A DNA stretch of 60,661 nucleotides, the filler included, from Sphacelaria rigidula (lineage: Eukaryota): assembly GCA_964200075.2 (NCBI GenBank). It is 8 parts of 8 records of this genome, joined end to end, with 100 filler letters (N's around TTAATTAATTAA, not from the genome) between each part and the next. Parts side by side here need not be neighbours in the genome. Positions count along the whole stretch, not along the records: positions 15,192 to 22,686 come from CAXNAA020014657.1; positions 22,787 to 30,281 come from CAXNAA020014658.1; positions 30,382 to 37,876 come from CAXNAA020014659.1; 5 more parts are not named here. One strand, 5' to 3'. Position numbers and translations under genes: made by a program. Below the pieces are notes generated by a model. That model saw nothing but the letters and a program-made list of their open reading frames with translations. It did no database searches and had not been told where the DNA came from. Positions 22,379-36,777 of the stretch are shown one piece after another. How positions within the stretch are numbered: position 1 is the first letter of the stretch; every line of letters starts with the position of its first letter.

Positions 22379-25300
22379 TCAGGGCCGAAAGTAAAATTGG
22401 ACCGTGAACGTACGAAAGATCTGAAAAAGAATAGCACAAGAATGCTCTTGGAGAGTGTGCTACTGTGTAGCAAAACTTTCCACACTTTGAACAACATATG
22501 GTGAAGAGTAGTTGCAATAGACAAGAAATGTACTGCATGAAGTACAGGCAAATTGCAGCTTTTGTCGGCCCGACAAAAGTCGCAATATCCGATACTTTCA
22601 GCAGTATATATCCTGTATGTTGCAGACACTTTCTACGATAGCCCCCCCCAAAACCAGCCCAAAAGTGTCACGAAAACAATGTCCATNNNNNNNNNNNNNN
22701 NNNNNNNNNNNNNNNNNNNNNNNNNNNNNNTTAATTAATTAANNNNNNNNNNNNNNNNNNNNNNNNNNNNNNNNNNNNNNNNNNNNCATCGGGGGTCCGC
22801 CCCTACAAAGCCGGGACGGAGCACGCCGGGTTCTCGCCGGACCAGGCTAATGATAAACCTGGGGGTGGGGATAAATAAATTATTGTTAACACGTTATATT
22901 GATATGTTCGTGTATTTAGGTGCATCGCCATTCGTGTGTAACAGGCAAAAACGGTGGAGACTACCCGAGTAACGAATGATTTGGGGGTCGAAGCGCATAT
23001 TAAATCTCCGGGAAAGATTGTTCGTGTTTTGTTACTTCCGCACTCCAAGTATCCCCAGAAACTTACCCAAAAGCGTCGCCATTTGTACGGTATAGGCCAA
23101 AACGGTAGACACCACCCGTAAATTCACAGTAGAGAGCACCGCCCGGGGACGGCTCTTTTCTTGTCCCCTGCGCTACAATGCACCCCCGCCCGAATCCGAC
23201 TTCACCAATGTTGTTTATACACTATTATGCGCCATCTGTCAAAGTTTGAGCTTTTACAGAGCTCCCCATTATATGAACTCGAAAATGTCAGAAAATTGGC
23301 CTGGAATAGCGTGAAACTGCCCCTATACTAAAAATGGTACAAATACATAGCCGTTACCGCCAAACGTCAAATAACCTGGACACCTGGCACCCTTGTTGCT
23401 AGCTCCGGTCTAACGCCAGTTCCAGCTTAAACGACAGCATGAACTGGCGCAGTTCACAGCCCTGCGATATTCGCTACTTGAGGACACAAACCCTGCCAAA
23501 TGTCCAAAACTGAAAAAATATACCCTCCCCAGAAACCCAGCTGTAGGAAACGGCCTGAAGGGAGCAAAAACCTCGGCGAAGAACATCCACGTTTGGGCCG
23601 GCTGATTTTTTCGTCGGGCATTCGCCCACGAAGGGTAGTAGTGCGCGAACACAGGAAACGTTTTGGACCAAAAACATCGAACATGCGAAAAAGTACCTAT
23701 CGCCTGCTGATACGGGCGATATGATGGAGGGCCCGTGTGAACATAACCGGCCTCACTCATGGGATAGCGGAAGTATAACCGCGAGAATAATTGATTGTAA
23801 GGGGCGTTGGAGCAGACAGGTAGTGGCAGTGGTGGTAGCAGTGGTGGTAGCAGTAATGCGGCAAGTCGACATCGCAGAACGAATGTGTTCATCTATCGTT
23901 TTGATGAACTAACTTATTTTGGAACACTCATCACCACCCGTCTTGGAAAAAAAAGCATGCCTCCCTCTCGCACGTTGCGCCGATCGCCATCGTAGATGCA
24001 AGCCATAGGGGGCGAACTGGAAACTTACGGCAACGGCTAACCTCTGCTATTACAACAAAAGAGGTTGGGGCACGATGACGACTGAACATGTACATCAATT
24101 TGATTGGTCAAGTGTACTTTGACACGAAAACTGAAAACGGAGTCTCTCTTTCCCCCCCTGCGTGTCGACTTCGATTGATTTCCTCCACTAGCCGCACGCG
24201 GGCTGCCGTCAATCCCGTCCCCTTCTTCCCCATCCCGCGCCTAGGCGTTTGTCAAGAGCAACCACGTGTTCCGGGAAGACTGCGGGAGGATATTATAGAT
24301 ATTCCTTTCTAGGATGTATCTACGGCGTATATCAGGTCATGGAATGGTGTACTGCGTAGATGGAGACAACGCTACGAGACAACAACTTGAAAATACACGG
24401 TCAAAATCATCATTGTCCACATATGTGCATACATATACACAAAGTTAGCATGCACACACCTCCAGCATTGATTGGGTACACAGGCTGTATGTAAGTATAT
24501 TGTAAGACTTACCGCTGCCTGCACAAACAGCATGCTAGATACTGTAAGGTTGTGTAGTCGTGCGACCTTCAACCATCGAAGGTGTCCGAGAGTGCGTGCA
24601 CACATTCAATACTAATTGAGAAGAGAGGGTGAGGAGGGTACGTAGGCCAAAGCAAATCAGCTCGTACGGACATTGTTGCACTGTTAATACAGTAGAATTC
24701 TAGCTGAACGACATTTAAATCGAGGCGCAGAGCGATGAGTCACAGATACTATAGTTCGGGAGTGAGTCTGTTTTGAGGTCATACGACAGCATGACGCTTG
24801 TAGTTGGCTGTAACACCTGGTGTCGGGCCCGGCAACATTGTCTGCTTTCGGAGCTCGCTGCCACCAAAAAGGCCTTCCCACGAACTTGCGACCTATCCTC
24901 TGTGACTCGTTCTCCCGCTACTTTCTACTTCTCCTTCACCATTTTTCAGGTGAAGCACGTCAACTCTTGAGCGTGCGACAGATGACGGATGTTGCTGTCC
25001 TCCGGTAGAAGGATTTGTAGTCATTTGGCTTGTGTCGAGTGCAATACTGCCCCTTCGTTACTGAATCATTTGCCCGATTTGCGCCCTACAGGGGGAGAAA
25101 GAGGAGACGGACGTTGCGGCTATCAATGCAGAGAATAATGAATCGGTAGTTGTTTACGGTTCTCAGCTTTGCCGAGTAGCCAAGTAGCCTGGTTCCAGTG
25201 CTTCTACACTCGTGTACTGCGCCAAAAACATGATCAAAACCTCACCAATACAATACTGGTATGTACGATCCATATGAGCCCCATGAGCTTCACGCTTGCG

Positions 25301-28300
25301 TGTACGATTCATTTAGGCTAGTCGAGCACGCTGTGGTGTGACCCCATCGATCCCCTCCTGCGCGAGACCGTGATTTCAACCCTCGCCATACGTCTTGCAC
25401 TACGTACACTTGAGGGGAAGACGAAGAAAACAAATTTGTTGGCGTTTTGCGTGACCACGGGTTAGAACTATCGATTCTCCTACGAGTATGGGAAGTGCTC
25501 AAGTTTTACGATGCCCGCCCTGAGCACGACGCGTTGATTCTAGGCAGGCCTTTGCACATGGCATGACTCGGGATCGTCGTCTATCTTGAGTCTATCTTGT
25601 GTCTGTCTTACGAGCCATCACAGCTGGATCACTCGGGGATCCGTTACTGTGACCTGTGACATCATCAATCAATCAATCAGCCAATCAATCGCTCAACGGC
25701 TAAACCACAGTGAACTGTGGAAATCTCGTTCGCGTCAAGATTGTTAAAAAGACACCGTGAAACAAATCACTGCAACATACAATAGAAACAGATGTGGCAG
25801 TTACGTTGAAAAGAGTTGGCAGCTTTTTTCAGTAGGTGCCATGTCAAGCCGAACAAAACTTTCACACGTCCAACAACTCCTACAACTACATTCGGAAAAC
25901 GGCGACGACTAAGAGTAGAGTTCTACAACAAAATTCGAAAAAGCCAGTGACGACTAAGAGCCGACTCCTACGACCCAATCTCATAGTCGTTGGACGTAGG
26001 TGTGAAGACGTGACCGAGGGGGGGCGAAGCCTGAGCGCCGATTCGAACAGGTGGGGGAGCACATGCCAGCGGCGTTGTTTGCAAAAGCCCAATAATCTCC
26101 TGCGTTGGAAAAACCCCACTACGGCAATCCATTGAGCAAGGTGGCTAGGTTGCAAAGGCACCCCACGAGACAGTACGAACAGAACCGTACACTTGCCTAT
26201 CTATACTGACTCTACAAAACACAGTGCACTGGACTGACAGCCATGTCTTCACAGTACAGTGGCGAGTGTACACAGCTCTCACTCCCCCGCAATGGTTGAT
26301 GGGGCCATAAGGATTTGGTCCATTGACTCTTTTTCACTCGTGTGTACTGTGAGATCGCCTCTAGGTTCAGGGACAAGTTTGGTCCAGGTTGCCTGTCTGC
26401 ACTGTCCGTGTTCCTGGCTGGAGAAATGATGCGCCGCACTGCTCCTTGCAACAAAGGTACGACTGTCTAGTGCCATGGTCGATGAACGGATTATAGGTAA
26501 ATGTACCTCATATTTACGATCGTAAGTCATCAGGATTCCGAAAAAACGCTCAGAAGGATACACGGCGATTGAAAGGACTATGTACTTATTTGCACGCCGG
26601 CGCGCACTCGTGGAGCTATTCCAGACATCAACCACTGTCATCAACACATCAACTGTGCCGTAATCATGCGCCTTGCAGTTGGTCCTGTATTGTAGCCTCG
26701 GGTACTGTTTTGGCCAAGATCGCTCCGGTGGTGTTTGGATACAACAGCCGCTGTTCTTCGAAGCCAACAACCCAACACACAACAATCCAACACACACCCT
26801 GCACTACACACGGAAGAGGAAACCTGCCCCTGCGAGGGCCGCCACAGATCACTGATGAACGCCAGCGCGCAACTCATGAATCTTCTTCAGACGTCAACCG
26901 CCGGCATCAACGCATCACGCATCAACTTTCTCCCTTCTGCGTTGCTTTCGTAGTCTACGATACCGCGTAGGCTAATATGTTTGTGTGTTCCAAGATCGAC
27001 GACAAGTGCGATCGTACGCTTGATTCAAGACCCTGGAAGAATCCATGAAGCTTTGACGGTGGCGCACGGAAGAAGCTCCACGTGATTTTCTGCGACATCT
27101 TCGCCAGAGGCTGCACCTATGTCCTATGTACCCATGTGTGCTGGCCAGTAATTTTGTTCAGATGTTTCTGACCTTGCAAGAGCTGTAAAAAGAAAAAACT
27201 CTGACGAAAAAATACCTTCAGCTGTGATTCAGAACATCATATCGTCATCAATTTTTTTGTTTATATCGTCGTTATCAACGGGGCCTGTAACACGTGCATG
27301 ACAGATGGTTCGTTCCACTCTTTCCATACCTAAATCCGTGTCCAGGTGAAAGAGGCAGCCCGAACCGAATATCATGCGAGTTTCATCATGCAAAAATCAT
27401 GGTATCCTCGAGGCTCAACCGCTGTTGACTCCATGGCCTGTCACGGGACAGGATATCAAATTTCGGCGGCGGCTGTTCCGTTCCCGTTCCTTTTCGTTCC
27501 GCCCCGTCTGTCTGTGTTTTTTTGGGGGGTAGGGGCAGTACCGTCCTTCCCGTCCATACATTTTCCATTCGTTCCGTCCCCAACTTCATGATACAGCAAA
27601 GACTACGCCCCGTCATATTTCACGGGACGTCGCGTTCTATTTCACGGGATGTTCCGTTGGTACGGGACGCCCACTGTATTCCAACAGGATATTGAAAACC
27701 TTGGATACATGATGTTTTCGAGATGAAAGTACTGGAGATACGTTCCGAAATCTGGGATTATAAATATATGCACAGAGGACGTACATACAGTACAGTACAG
27801 TGGCTCGACAGTAGAGCCCAGTGCAGTAGCGGTGCATGAACTCTCGCGAGCGTCCGCATCAGTACGCCCAAGAGTGTAGAATATTTGCCGAACCAAGGAG
27901 GCCAGCCAAGTTTTCTAGACTTGATGGAGCTCGACACTTGCAGAAGCCAAGCGAGTAGCGACGACACCCACTCGGTTGGAGGTGACGGCGATGGTTACCA
28001 TCCGTGAAGTACGTCTTGAGAAGTACGTGACGTAGAGCCTGTCGATGATTATGAAACTCGTACATCCAGAAGAAAGCATATATGTCCAAGTCGCATACTC
28101 CACGTATACAGGCATACTTTGTGTGGGCTCGTCTACTGTATGCGTGCGATGTTAACTTTCTTCGGTGTACCTAGAATGATTGCTGCTGTGTCGGGCCTTC
28201 CCTTTTGTCAGCAGCCGTTTTAAAATGTGGGCGGTCTACTCATTTATTACTTACCTTAGTCGTTTGACCATCGACCACGCATCCCCTTTGGGACGGAGCA

Positions 28301-28539
28301 ATTTGAATAGCGGGGGAGGGGTAATATGTGCATGAGTGACGTCACGATAGCCTCCTCCGCTGAAAGTGAATGGTTGGAGGAGCGAAAATCTACGTCCGAC
28401 TTGAAACGGCACTTGCTTACGGTGCGATGCAAGAGTAGTTGACGATTATCCTATGCAGAGCACTTCTGAAAGTTCGCTCGTGAATGTCAATAAGATGTCG
28501 CCGCAAAAATGTGGTGTCACTTTCGGTTCCTTCATGCAC

Positions 28540-28870
28540 ATATTTTCGTGGGGACGCGACAGGAATGGCACGGGGCGAGAGTAGGAAACCCCGTGAGATT
28601 TGGTCCCCATCAGGACGGGAATCTCACGAGATAAGATTCGGTCATCGCGTGAGGTTCGAGACGAGGCGAGACATCCCGCCGTCTAGTCCGTAGTTTTTTT
28701 CAGGGGCAACTATCCCATCCCGTCTCGTCACGTCCGTATACGTCTGCCAAATGTCCCGTGCCACCCGTCCATTCCGGGGACAATGAGATATTTCGTTCGT
28801 CCCCTCCGTCGTTTCCTCCAGGGGTCCCGTTCCGTTCCGTCCCGTCCCGTCCCGTCCCGTCCCGTCCGTC
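28540..28870. repeat. CCCGT/ACGGG-rich interspersed repeat with (CCCGT)n tract
   Basis: Dense GGGAC/GTCCC motifs ending in a pentamer run at 28826-28870; related sequence at 27440-27670. Confidence 0.6.
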
Positions 28871-29287
28871 ATTTTTTCCACAGGTCTACACGTTACACGT
28901 GCCACAACGTCATATATATGTTTTACGTGATGAACGTAACCTTAAATTTTCGAATGAAACGTTAACCTAACATGAAATGCTCATCACGTGTTGAACGAAA
29001 CGTAACGTGAACGTTAAATTGCCCAAACGTTCGAAACACGTAACATGAAACGTCATAAACACGATAAATGAAGCGGTGCACACTTCAAGTTTGCAATGGA
29101 TTTTGAAATCCTAGAGGACAAAGTAACTGCTATAGAACGGTACAAGTACAGGCCGTGTTTCTTGCTAACAGGACGAAGTAACGAGTACAGGCCGTACTTC
29201 GCGAACACAGTACAAGTACAGGCTGTGCTTGTACCCTTGTAATACTGTATTCCGACTACAGGCTGTATTCTGCAAGCACAGTAGTGT

Positions 29288-29678
29288 GTGTGTGTGTGTG
29301 TGTGTGTGTGTTGTCGTCCCATCTATTCTAGGCGCCAGTCTACACCTTTCGGTATATGTGGGCGCACCAGCCGGGGTCACACAGGAGGAAGGTCAACACA
29401 GGAGGAAGGTCAACACAGGAGTTTTCTTTTTTTCATTTGTTTTTTAGTACATCACCTTTCTCCTGCGGTGCTTGCCTTTCTTTTTTATCGCGAGAGGGGT
29501 GCAGCAACCTCTTTCTCTCGTCGACGGTTGAGTCGACTTCTGTGTACTCACGGCATAGTCGCTCTCCACTGTTGGGCATGGTGTGAGAAAAAATCCTAGA
29601 TTACTCCGAGAATTGAACCCACGACCCAACCGTCAGAAGGTTTAGAGGTTACCAACTGAGCCACCGGAGCGACCGGCC
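29288..29678 (-). mobile_element. tRNA-derived SINE, full-length copy with 10-bp TSD
   Basis: Reverse complement of 1458-1828; (GT)n tail; ACAGTAGTGT at 29278-29287 and 29679-29688; interrupts a degenerate TACAAGTACAGGCTGTACTCGCGAACACAG tandem array (29140-29780). Confidence 0.88.
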
Positions 29679-30217
29679 ACAGTAGTGTAAGGTTACAAAT
29701 AAAGGCTGTACTCGCGACCACAGCTATACTCGCGAACACAGTTGCAAGGATACAAGTACAGGCTGTACTCGCCAACACAGCACGAGGTGGTTGCTGTACT
29801 ATGCAAATACAACAGAGAGTTGTACGAGGTAGTTAATCATTTGTTCGCGACAACGGGAGGCAGGGTCGCATTCGGCAGCGGTGATGTCGGCACTGTCTTC
29901 AGTTCTACACCGTCTTGATTGTAAGGTTCAAGGCTACATGCAGATGCAGAGGATATAACTTCTGCCTGCACTACGGTACACGTGCAGGATCTACTTTGTT
30001 AGCAAACACCCGTGACCACCTCAAATTGTGGACCCCCTAATGTAAACAAAATGACCCAAAATCGCTTATAGCGGTACGGGCGGATTTTTATTTCCCCCCA
30101 CATGGGGGGATATAAGTTTCCCGCTAGATACATGCATTGATTGCCTGGACCGCGGTGTAAGTCTCTCATACATACATATATGCATACATATATAAGCCTG
30201 CCTTTGACGGCCGTGAT

Positions 30218-30218
<1 letters not shown>

Positions 30219-30252
<34 letters not shown>
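30219..30252. repeat. (TTG)n microsatellite
   Basis: About 11 units near the contig end. Confidence 0.9.
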
Positions 30253-30770
30253 CGTCTTCACATTAAAACTGTTCCGATATCNNNNNNNNNNNNNNNNNNN
30301 NNNNNNNNNNNNNNNNNNNNNNNNNTTAATTAATTAANNNNNNNNNNNNNNNNNNNNNNNNNNNNNNNNNNNNNNNNNNNNGGGATGGGACTTCAACCTC
30401 ATATTTTGTTTCAACCCCAAAAATTAGGATCGGCTGTTAATTGTGGCTAGGTACACCAAACGAATGCGATGTACACGTGTGTCGATGACGATACCACCGG
30501 GGGAGTAACGGCAGAGAGGAAGCTCCTCGTCCGTATCCCTTGTGTGTCCTCGCTCGGCGACTCGCAATCGCTCGAGAGACTGGCATTATGCATGTTACCA
30601 GCATGTACCCAATTTTCCATGTGCCGTTAGGCAGGGCATTGCTGCACAACCCCCCAAAGAACATGGAGGTTCCGAGGTGTCGTCTATTCGTATCTGTGGA
30701 GTGTCATAAAGAGGGGATGGCGCACAGCGTATATCTTGCAACGCCTCTTAGCTCCATCACAGGAGCTCAC

Positions 30771-33700
30771 CAATGCAAAGATCGGTTCCTCTCTGCCTCT
30801 TCTTTGGACAGGATGTGCCTCTGTGCGCTGCAGAACACGTCGTTGAAAAACAGGGTAATGTTCCCGCCACCGCTCCTGTTCTCTGCCACACACATGCCAG
30901 CAAGGACGGTGCTGCGGCAATAGCAGATCCAACCGCAAACTCGGGGGGTGTTATTCATCGTTGATTTTACCCGACATGTGTACTCGTACCTGTACGTACA
31001 TGACGACGACAGCGTATCACACGCGAGTTGGGGGGATGTATGAGAGATCAAACACTTGTGGAGACCTGGCCATGCGGAGTGTAAAAAAATACCTATGGTG
31101 GTGACCTAACTGTTGCTGGCGTGGCGCATGGGCGTGCCTCCATGCAGCAATCTTGAGCACCCACCCCCCGCTGCGTGTGTCGCGGTGGCTTCCGATAATT
31201 CTCAAGGAGATAATTCATTACGAGCTGGGGCGAGATATGTTTCACGAGGATCAAGAGTGTTCCATGACCAACCACTCGTCGTTGCATTTGAGACCCACGC
31301 CATCAACCGCCGACCGCAAAGGTGTTGTGACTTTCAAGAAACGCTGGCGACAGTACGCCAGACAAACCCGGTCAAAGCTAGCTTTTAGTTGCTCTACTGT
31401 CTGTACTGACCATCGCGGTGTGTGTACAATCACCTCGTAACAACACCGAAATTGACAGGGGCTGTAAATATTAAAGAGATCCAGTTTTTCAACTTATCCC
31501 ACACGATGTAAAGGACTCTCAAGAGCTGCGGGCAGGGTGGCTTCCCCGACCGCCCGCCAGGTATTCAAGACACGACGACAGAGTTTGCTAGCTCATCATA
31601 TAACACTACGGGATCACAGAGAGTTTCCCCTGATGAAAAATCGCACTTTTCCACATGCAAACCGTTTCAGGTGCATAATTTTCTGTTCAGAACGTAAACC
31701 TCTCCATTTGACTCCGGTTCTATACTGATTGATTTATGCCAATCCCAGCATAGTTTGATATTGCTGTTCGACAGTATCTTCGCACGTTTGGCCGAACCCA
31801 AAAGCGACCACTTTCCCGCAGCTTTGCATACAAGCATAAGTATAATTCATTATACCCTATTCATTGTCCATACCAAATTTTACGGTCCAACTCGAAATAT
31901 TGATGTTCTAAGGGGCCTGCGAACTACGAATCCACTTTTACGCTGGCCCAGCTCGTATACACTTTTTGCAGTAGCTTGTCACTCAAGCCTCTGAGATCCC
32001 CGAGTAGGATCTCGTCGTGTAGCTGTAAGCACACGACGTTGTTACGACAGTCAAGACACACACAGTGAAAAAAATGGTCAGGTTAGGGCGAATCATCAAC
32101 CTCACTCTCAATCAAATGCTATTCATTCAATCTGGCGAAAAGCTAAGACTAAGATGAGCATATCACACCCCACTGTTGAAAATCTTGTAATACCAAAATT
32201 CGAGGAAGAGGTCATTGGTGCGTCTCGTCATCGAAGAAACACTCGCTGGGCGCCAGCTCTGATGAACCGTGCGGCGGTGCACTTCCGAAAGAGACAGACA
32301 CAGACACAGACACAGACACAGACACAGACACAGACACAGACACAGACACAGACACAGACACAGACACAGACACAGACACAGACACAGGCACTACAACAAG
32401 ACAAACGGGACAAAAAGACAAGCGAAACACAAGACAAGCAATACAGAAGTTAGAAGACAAGACAAGAAAACCTGGGGAAAAGGAAACACGAAGACTAATA
32501 TCTCATACTCCACTGTTGGAAAAAATGCAATACCAAATTCGGGGAACAGGTCATTGGTGCATCTCGTCGTCGAAAAAACACTCGCTAGGCGCCAGCTCTG
32601 ATGAACCGCGCCGCAGTGCACTTCCGGAAGAGCTTGCGTCATGTACCAGACACAGACACAGACAGTACTAGACGAGACAAACGGGACAAAAAGACAACAG
32701 AAACACAAGACAAGCAATACACGTGCTGAGACAGGATGAAAATGCGCGTGGACATATAGTTCCTCGCTCCCTTCCCCGCTTCACACAGCTTCACACTATA
32801 TATATATATATATATATATCACTTTTGTTTAGCCCGTTGACCAATTCAAAACTCCAAAAGCAACTCACTTCAAACGAAGTCCCCTCTCCCTTACGAAGTC
32901 ACAGAAGATAGACAAATGGGACAAAAAGACAAGCACGACACACAAACACGACGAAACACACGTACATACACCGACACACACCGACACGCACATGACCGTG
33001 TGAGACATAATGCACGTGAACATTCAGTTCCTCGCTCCCTTTCCCCTTGACACAGCTTCACACTTTTCAATCATCTTTTTCAGGGCAGCGATCCAAAACA
33101 AAATCAAAAATCAAACTCACTCAATTCAAAGTCTCCCCTCCCTTACGGGGTCAGCCCTTGCAGTATGATAGGAGGTTTATCACGCAGCGGTGCACCCTCC
33201 TACACTTCTCTAAAGTGCTTTTCTCAGAATATCAAGCACAAAACCTCGATTGATACAGGAAGGGCAGGTACATGCTAACATGTCAAAAGTGCCCAACCTT
33301 CCGCTACCCCACCGTCCCCCACCATCCTTCTCCCGATCCAAAGCACGACCAGTACGAGCAGCACGACAGAATCAACCCGTGCTTATATGTAACGCTCTAT
33401 TCATCAGGCAGAGCCGGCGATTTCAGGCATCAATATATCGCTGACGCCATCCTCCCCCCCCCCCCCCCCCCCCCCCCCCCGCCCCCACCCCCCCCCCCCC
33501 CCCACCCACCCCCCCCCAAGCCCCCGGAACCTTCAATAAACCAAACAACCACCAAAAAANNNNNNNNNNTGTAACCCCCTATTCATACGGCAGAGCCGGC
33601 GATTTCAGGCATCAAAATATCGCGGACCCCATCCCCCCCCCCCCCCCCCCGCTTCCCCGCCGCCAGAGAACCACGCGTGCAACAACGACATACGCTACTT

Positions 33701-36700
33701 GCACCATGGCATTAGTATTCACCAACACAACCTCCAAAAGTCCTGATATTGCCATCACCTCTAAACCCCCCCCCTTCCTCGGGACGAGTCCGTACCCTGG
33801 TCGTCTCAGAGGGCCAACCCATCTCTCCCCCACTGCACGGATTATATTTTGGTATCGCGGATTGGATCATGATAACAAAAAAAACTCCGCACCGCGTCCG
33901 CGTCGACTGTCGCCCAACAAACACAGCCAAATAGACGTATTTCGCCGCTCTTGCCCTTACAGTATGCTTTCAACGACGGAAATCAGATAAGCAGTATCTG
34001 AGAAAACGAACAAAAGGACAAGCTAGACACTACCATAAACATCTAGCGGGTCGAACCAGCGTTTGTCTCGCCCTTATGATATGAATTGTACAATGGGACA
34101 ATCGAAGCGCGTCGCCGACCAGCATACTGTATGTCATGGATACATGCCCAGAAATTTCCTGCGAAGACCACGAGCACCCGCCGTATGGGCTACAAGAATC
34201 ATGCAGAGTAAGCATGACAGACACTCTACCCCGTGTTTTCTCATCCGCACCAAGTACCATATACACAAAGAACCAACCAGACAAGCAACGCTCGAGCACA
34301 AGCACAGGACGTCCTGTACGTGCGGACTTCCCCCAAATCGCGATGTCGATCACCGTGTCACGTCCCGGCCCCCAAAGTTTTATCGAATCGACGCACATGC
34401 GAGTGCCCCGCCCCACCACCTCAAAAACGCCGTAGTTACCCGCAGGCAAGCGCAACTCTTTGCCCGCAAAACAAAGTTCGCGGCAATTGCGGCCTACGGG
34501 TATGTCTACAGCACGGAGGCAGGAGGATCAGTTGCCGTGTGTATGCCTCGAGGCTGCTCAATTCTCGATTCGATTCTCGATTCTATTTCTGGCTGCACGG
34601 GAACAAAAATGCCTCCTCCAAAAACAGGGAAGAAGGGAGAAGGGGTGATTGCTCACGAGCGACCAAGGTCACCAAGAAATGGAACGAAACGTTTGATAAG
34701 AACGTGAAAAAACAATGAACAATACACGCGTGCAAAAATGAAGAAAAGTGAAAACACGCAAAAGGACTCTCCAGAACGGCTGGAGGCCATGACAGTACAC
34801 CACCCAAAAGTCCTCCTAAACGGAGGGAATCGCGAAAACAATCCAAGGCTTAAACTGGCGGGCACAAGAAACATCGACAGATCATGTGCCGTTACTGTAT
34901 CAACATACAGTCGGGCCACTTCTAGGTACACTAAATTACATTAAAGTACACTACACTACACTACACTACACTACACTACAGCACAGCAGTACAGCGCTAC
35001 GTACGCGAAGAGAATAAAACGTGGCTAACAGGGTCTACCGACAACCAAAGCTGGCGCGTACGCTGGCCGCACTACACGCCAACACGATGAAATAAGTGAC
35101 TGTGACTAAGGATACAATGGAGAGAACGCGCGCGATAACCCCAACAAAAATCAAAACTTTACTTGTGACGTCTGGCGATATTGAGGCCCTTAGTGATGAG
35201 TGACACGAAGGAACGGTGCTTGCGGCCACCCTCGAAGGAATCGGATGCCTCCCGGCGCCAGCTCACGTCCAGCCCATCGATCACTCGTGTCTCACGGGAC
35301 ATGGACTACGGTCGGAACGAGATCTATGAAAAAGGACCTAGTACAGCAGCCGCAACCCTGACGTTGCCCCCAGTCCCTAGTCCCTAGCCCCTAACCCCTG
35401 GTGGTTTGACGCGTTCGCGGATGCATCGAGCCAACCACATCCCATCCCATCTGTTCTACAGCACCCTTTTCTACGATGATCCGGCGGAACATTCGATCGA
35501 ATCACGCAAAATATGTGGCATGACCACTACTACACGTCCATCAAGTCGCTCCGAACCCTAAGCCGGTACTGACAGCAAGTTGCACTGATGATACTCCCGA
35601 ATGACCCGCGATAGCTCCATCCAATCAGATCCATCCTCGCGCATTTCCACATCCAATCCACCGGCATGATGTTCCACCGACTCTCGGTACTTGCGAGGAA
35701 TCACCTGAGTTTTCGTCAACGAACACCGAGAAACAAAGCCAATTTATCATAAAAATGTCGATACCTGTAGTGCGTCTGAACATATTCCATACCTCATTTC
35801 TCCCACCAAAAGAAGTTGCTCACACAAGACAACAAAAACAAAACAAAAAATATTACTGTAGGGCTGTAGGGCTGTAGGGCTATAATAGGGTTCGGGGGTG
35901 GAGAGTGGGGAGGGGCATGACACCGTTGAGAAATGCTGAGCTTTCGAGAGGAAAATGGAAGACGTGTACACGGCTCGTTTGTCACTTGATCGCTGATGGG
36001 CACGAGAACAACCCAGGTGGTGGTCGTCTCCAAAGCACCGTCATTGTCACTGGGATCCTTGTGGTAACCCCAAGATTGGGATCTAATGCGGGCTGGTAGC
36101 TCCGATCGTTCGCCAGCTGTAGCAGCACAACTCTTTTGTTTCGCAATACTCGAAAATCCCACACCGCCTGTACCTCCTCGGGGCAGTCTGTGGTCCCGAC
36201 GCATCAAGCCGTCTCTCAACTGGTACATGCGGCCTTCGTCATGCCATTGGGGATTGGATCATGACTATGAGCACTCCCGCACGCCGTTGGCTCTCGCCTA
36301 ATGAATTCTCTTCGATAATGACTCACGTTCTCACTCTTCAAAGGACAGTAACCATACAATGAAGTCATAGTAATAGTTATATTATTATCAATAGTCATTC
36401 CTCAAACGACATCAACTGTCGGAATTCAAACGGGCAACCGCTTCAAAATGCTTCAAAATGGGCTGGCTCCTGGAGACAATGGTAACAGCTTCTGCAATTC
36501 ACACTTTTTGCTCACGAGCTCTCTTTTTCCCCATTTCCCCATTTCCCCAGTCTCCTCCATCTGGGTAGGGCTGGGGGTTAGTTTGAGAGCCATATTTGGG
36601 TCGGGTCCTTGATGGATAGATGGGGTGTGATCATGCCCTGTGTACCTTAATGTTCCGGGACTGTGACGCGGCTGCGGCTGAGAGGGAGTGTTTGCTGCCG

Positions 36701-36777
36701 ATGAAAACATCCGTCGTGGGCAAGCACTCCAACGCGCGGTCTGTCATCACCTCTGTGTCGTCTAGCTCCACCATCGT
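30771..36777 (-). CDS. Internal exons of an unidentified protein-coding gene (partial)
   Basis: AG/GT-bounded open exons with compatible phases: 36777-36646 (TMVELDDTEVMTDRALECLP...SRNIK), 35305-35163 (SMSRETRVIDGLDVSWRREASDSFEGGRKHRSFVSLITKGLNIARRH), 30911-30771 (NTVLAGMCVAENRSGGGNITLFFNDVFCSAQRHILSKEEAERNRSLH). No family recognised. Confidence 0.55.
32143..33150. repeat. Complex tandem duplications containing an (ACAGAC)n microsatellite
   Basis: 32143-32446 resembles 32490-32720; 32725-32895 resembles 32998-33147; hexamer run at 32293-32386. Confidence 0.8.
33766..33990 (+). repeat. Dispersed repeat shared with 41312-41506
   Basis: Both contain CTCGGGACGAGTCC...TCGCGGATTGGA...CCGCGTCGACT...CAACGACGGAAA in the same order. 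Confidence 0.65.
34947..34980. repeat. (TACAC)n microsatellite
   Basis: About 7 pentamer units. Confidence 0.9.

Noticed and set aside
26365-26960. Possible plus-strand exons (RFRDKFGPGCLSALSVFLAGEMM...)
   Set aside because: The following segment has stops and frameshifts and no family is recognisable, so support is insufficient.
32154-32601. ORFs with TQ/HR/SV/CV repeats (also the poly-N ORF at 2027 and poly-C ORF at 45262)
   Set aside because: These are translations of microsatellites.
33395-33660. Direct repeat flanking a poly-C tract
   Set aside because: It straddles a 10-N gap and a homopolymer, so it is probably an assembly overlap artefact.
34030-34455. Copia RNase H-like fragment (ADEKTR...GGCSWSS)
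   Set aside because: Similarity is too weak; the key DAD and EAEY motifs are absent.
35370-35400. Telomeric repeat (also 8910-8940)
   Set aside because: Only a few degenerate CCCTAA-like units, located internally.
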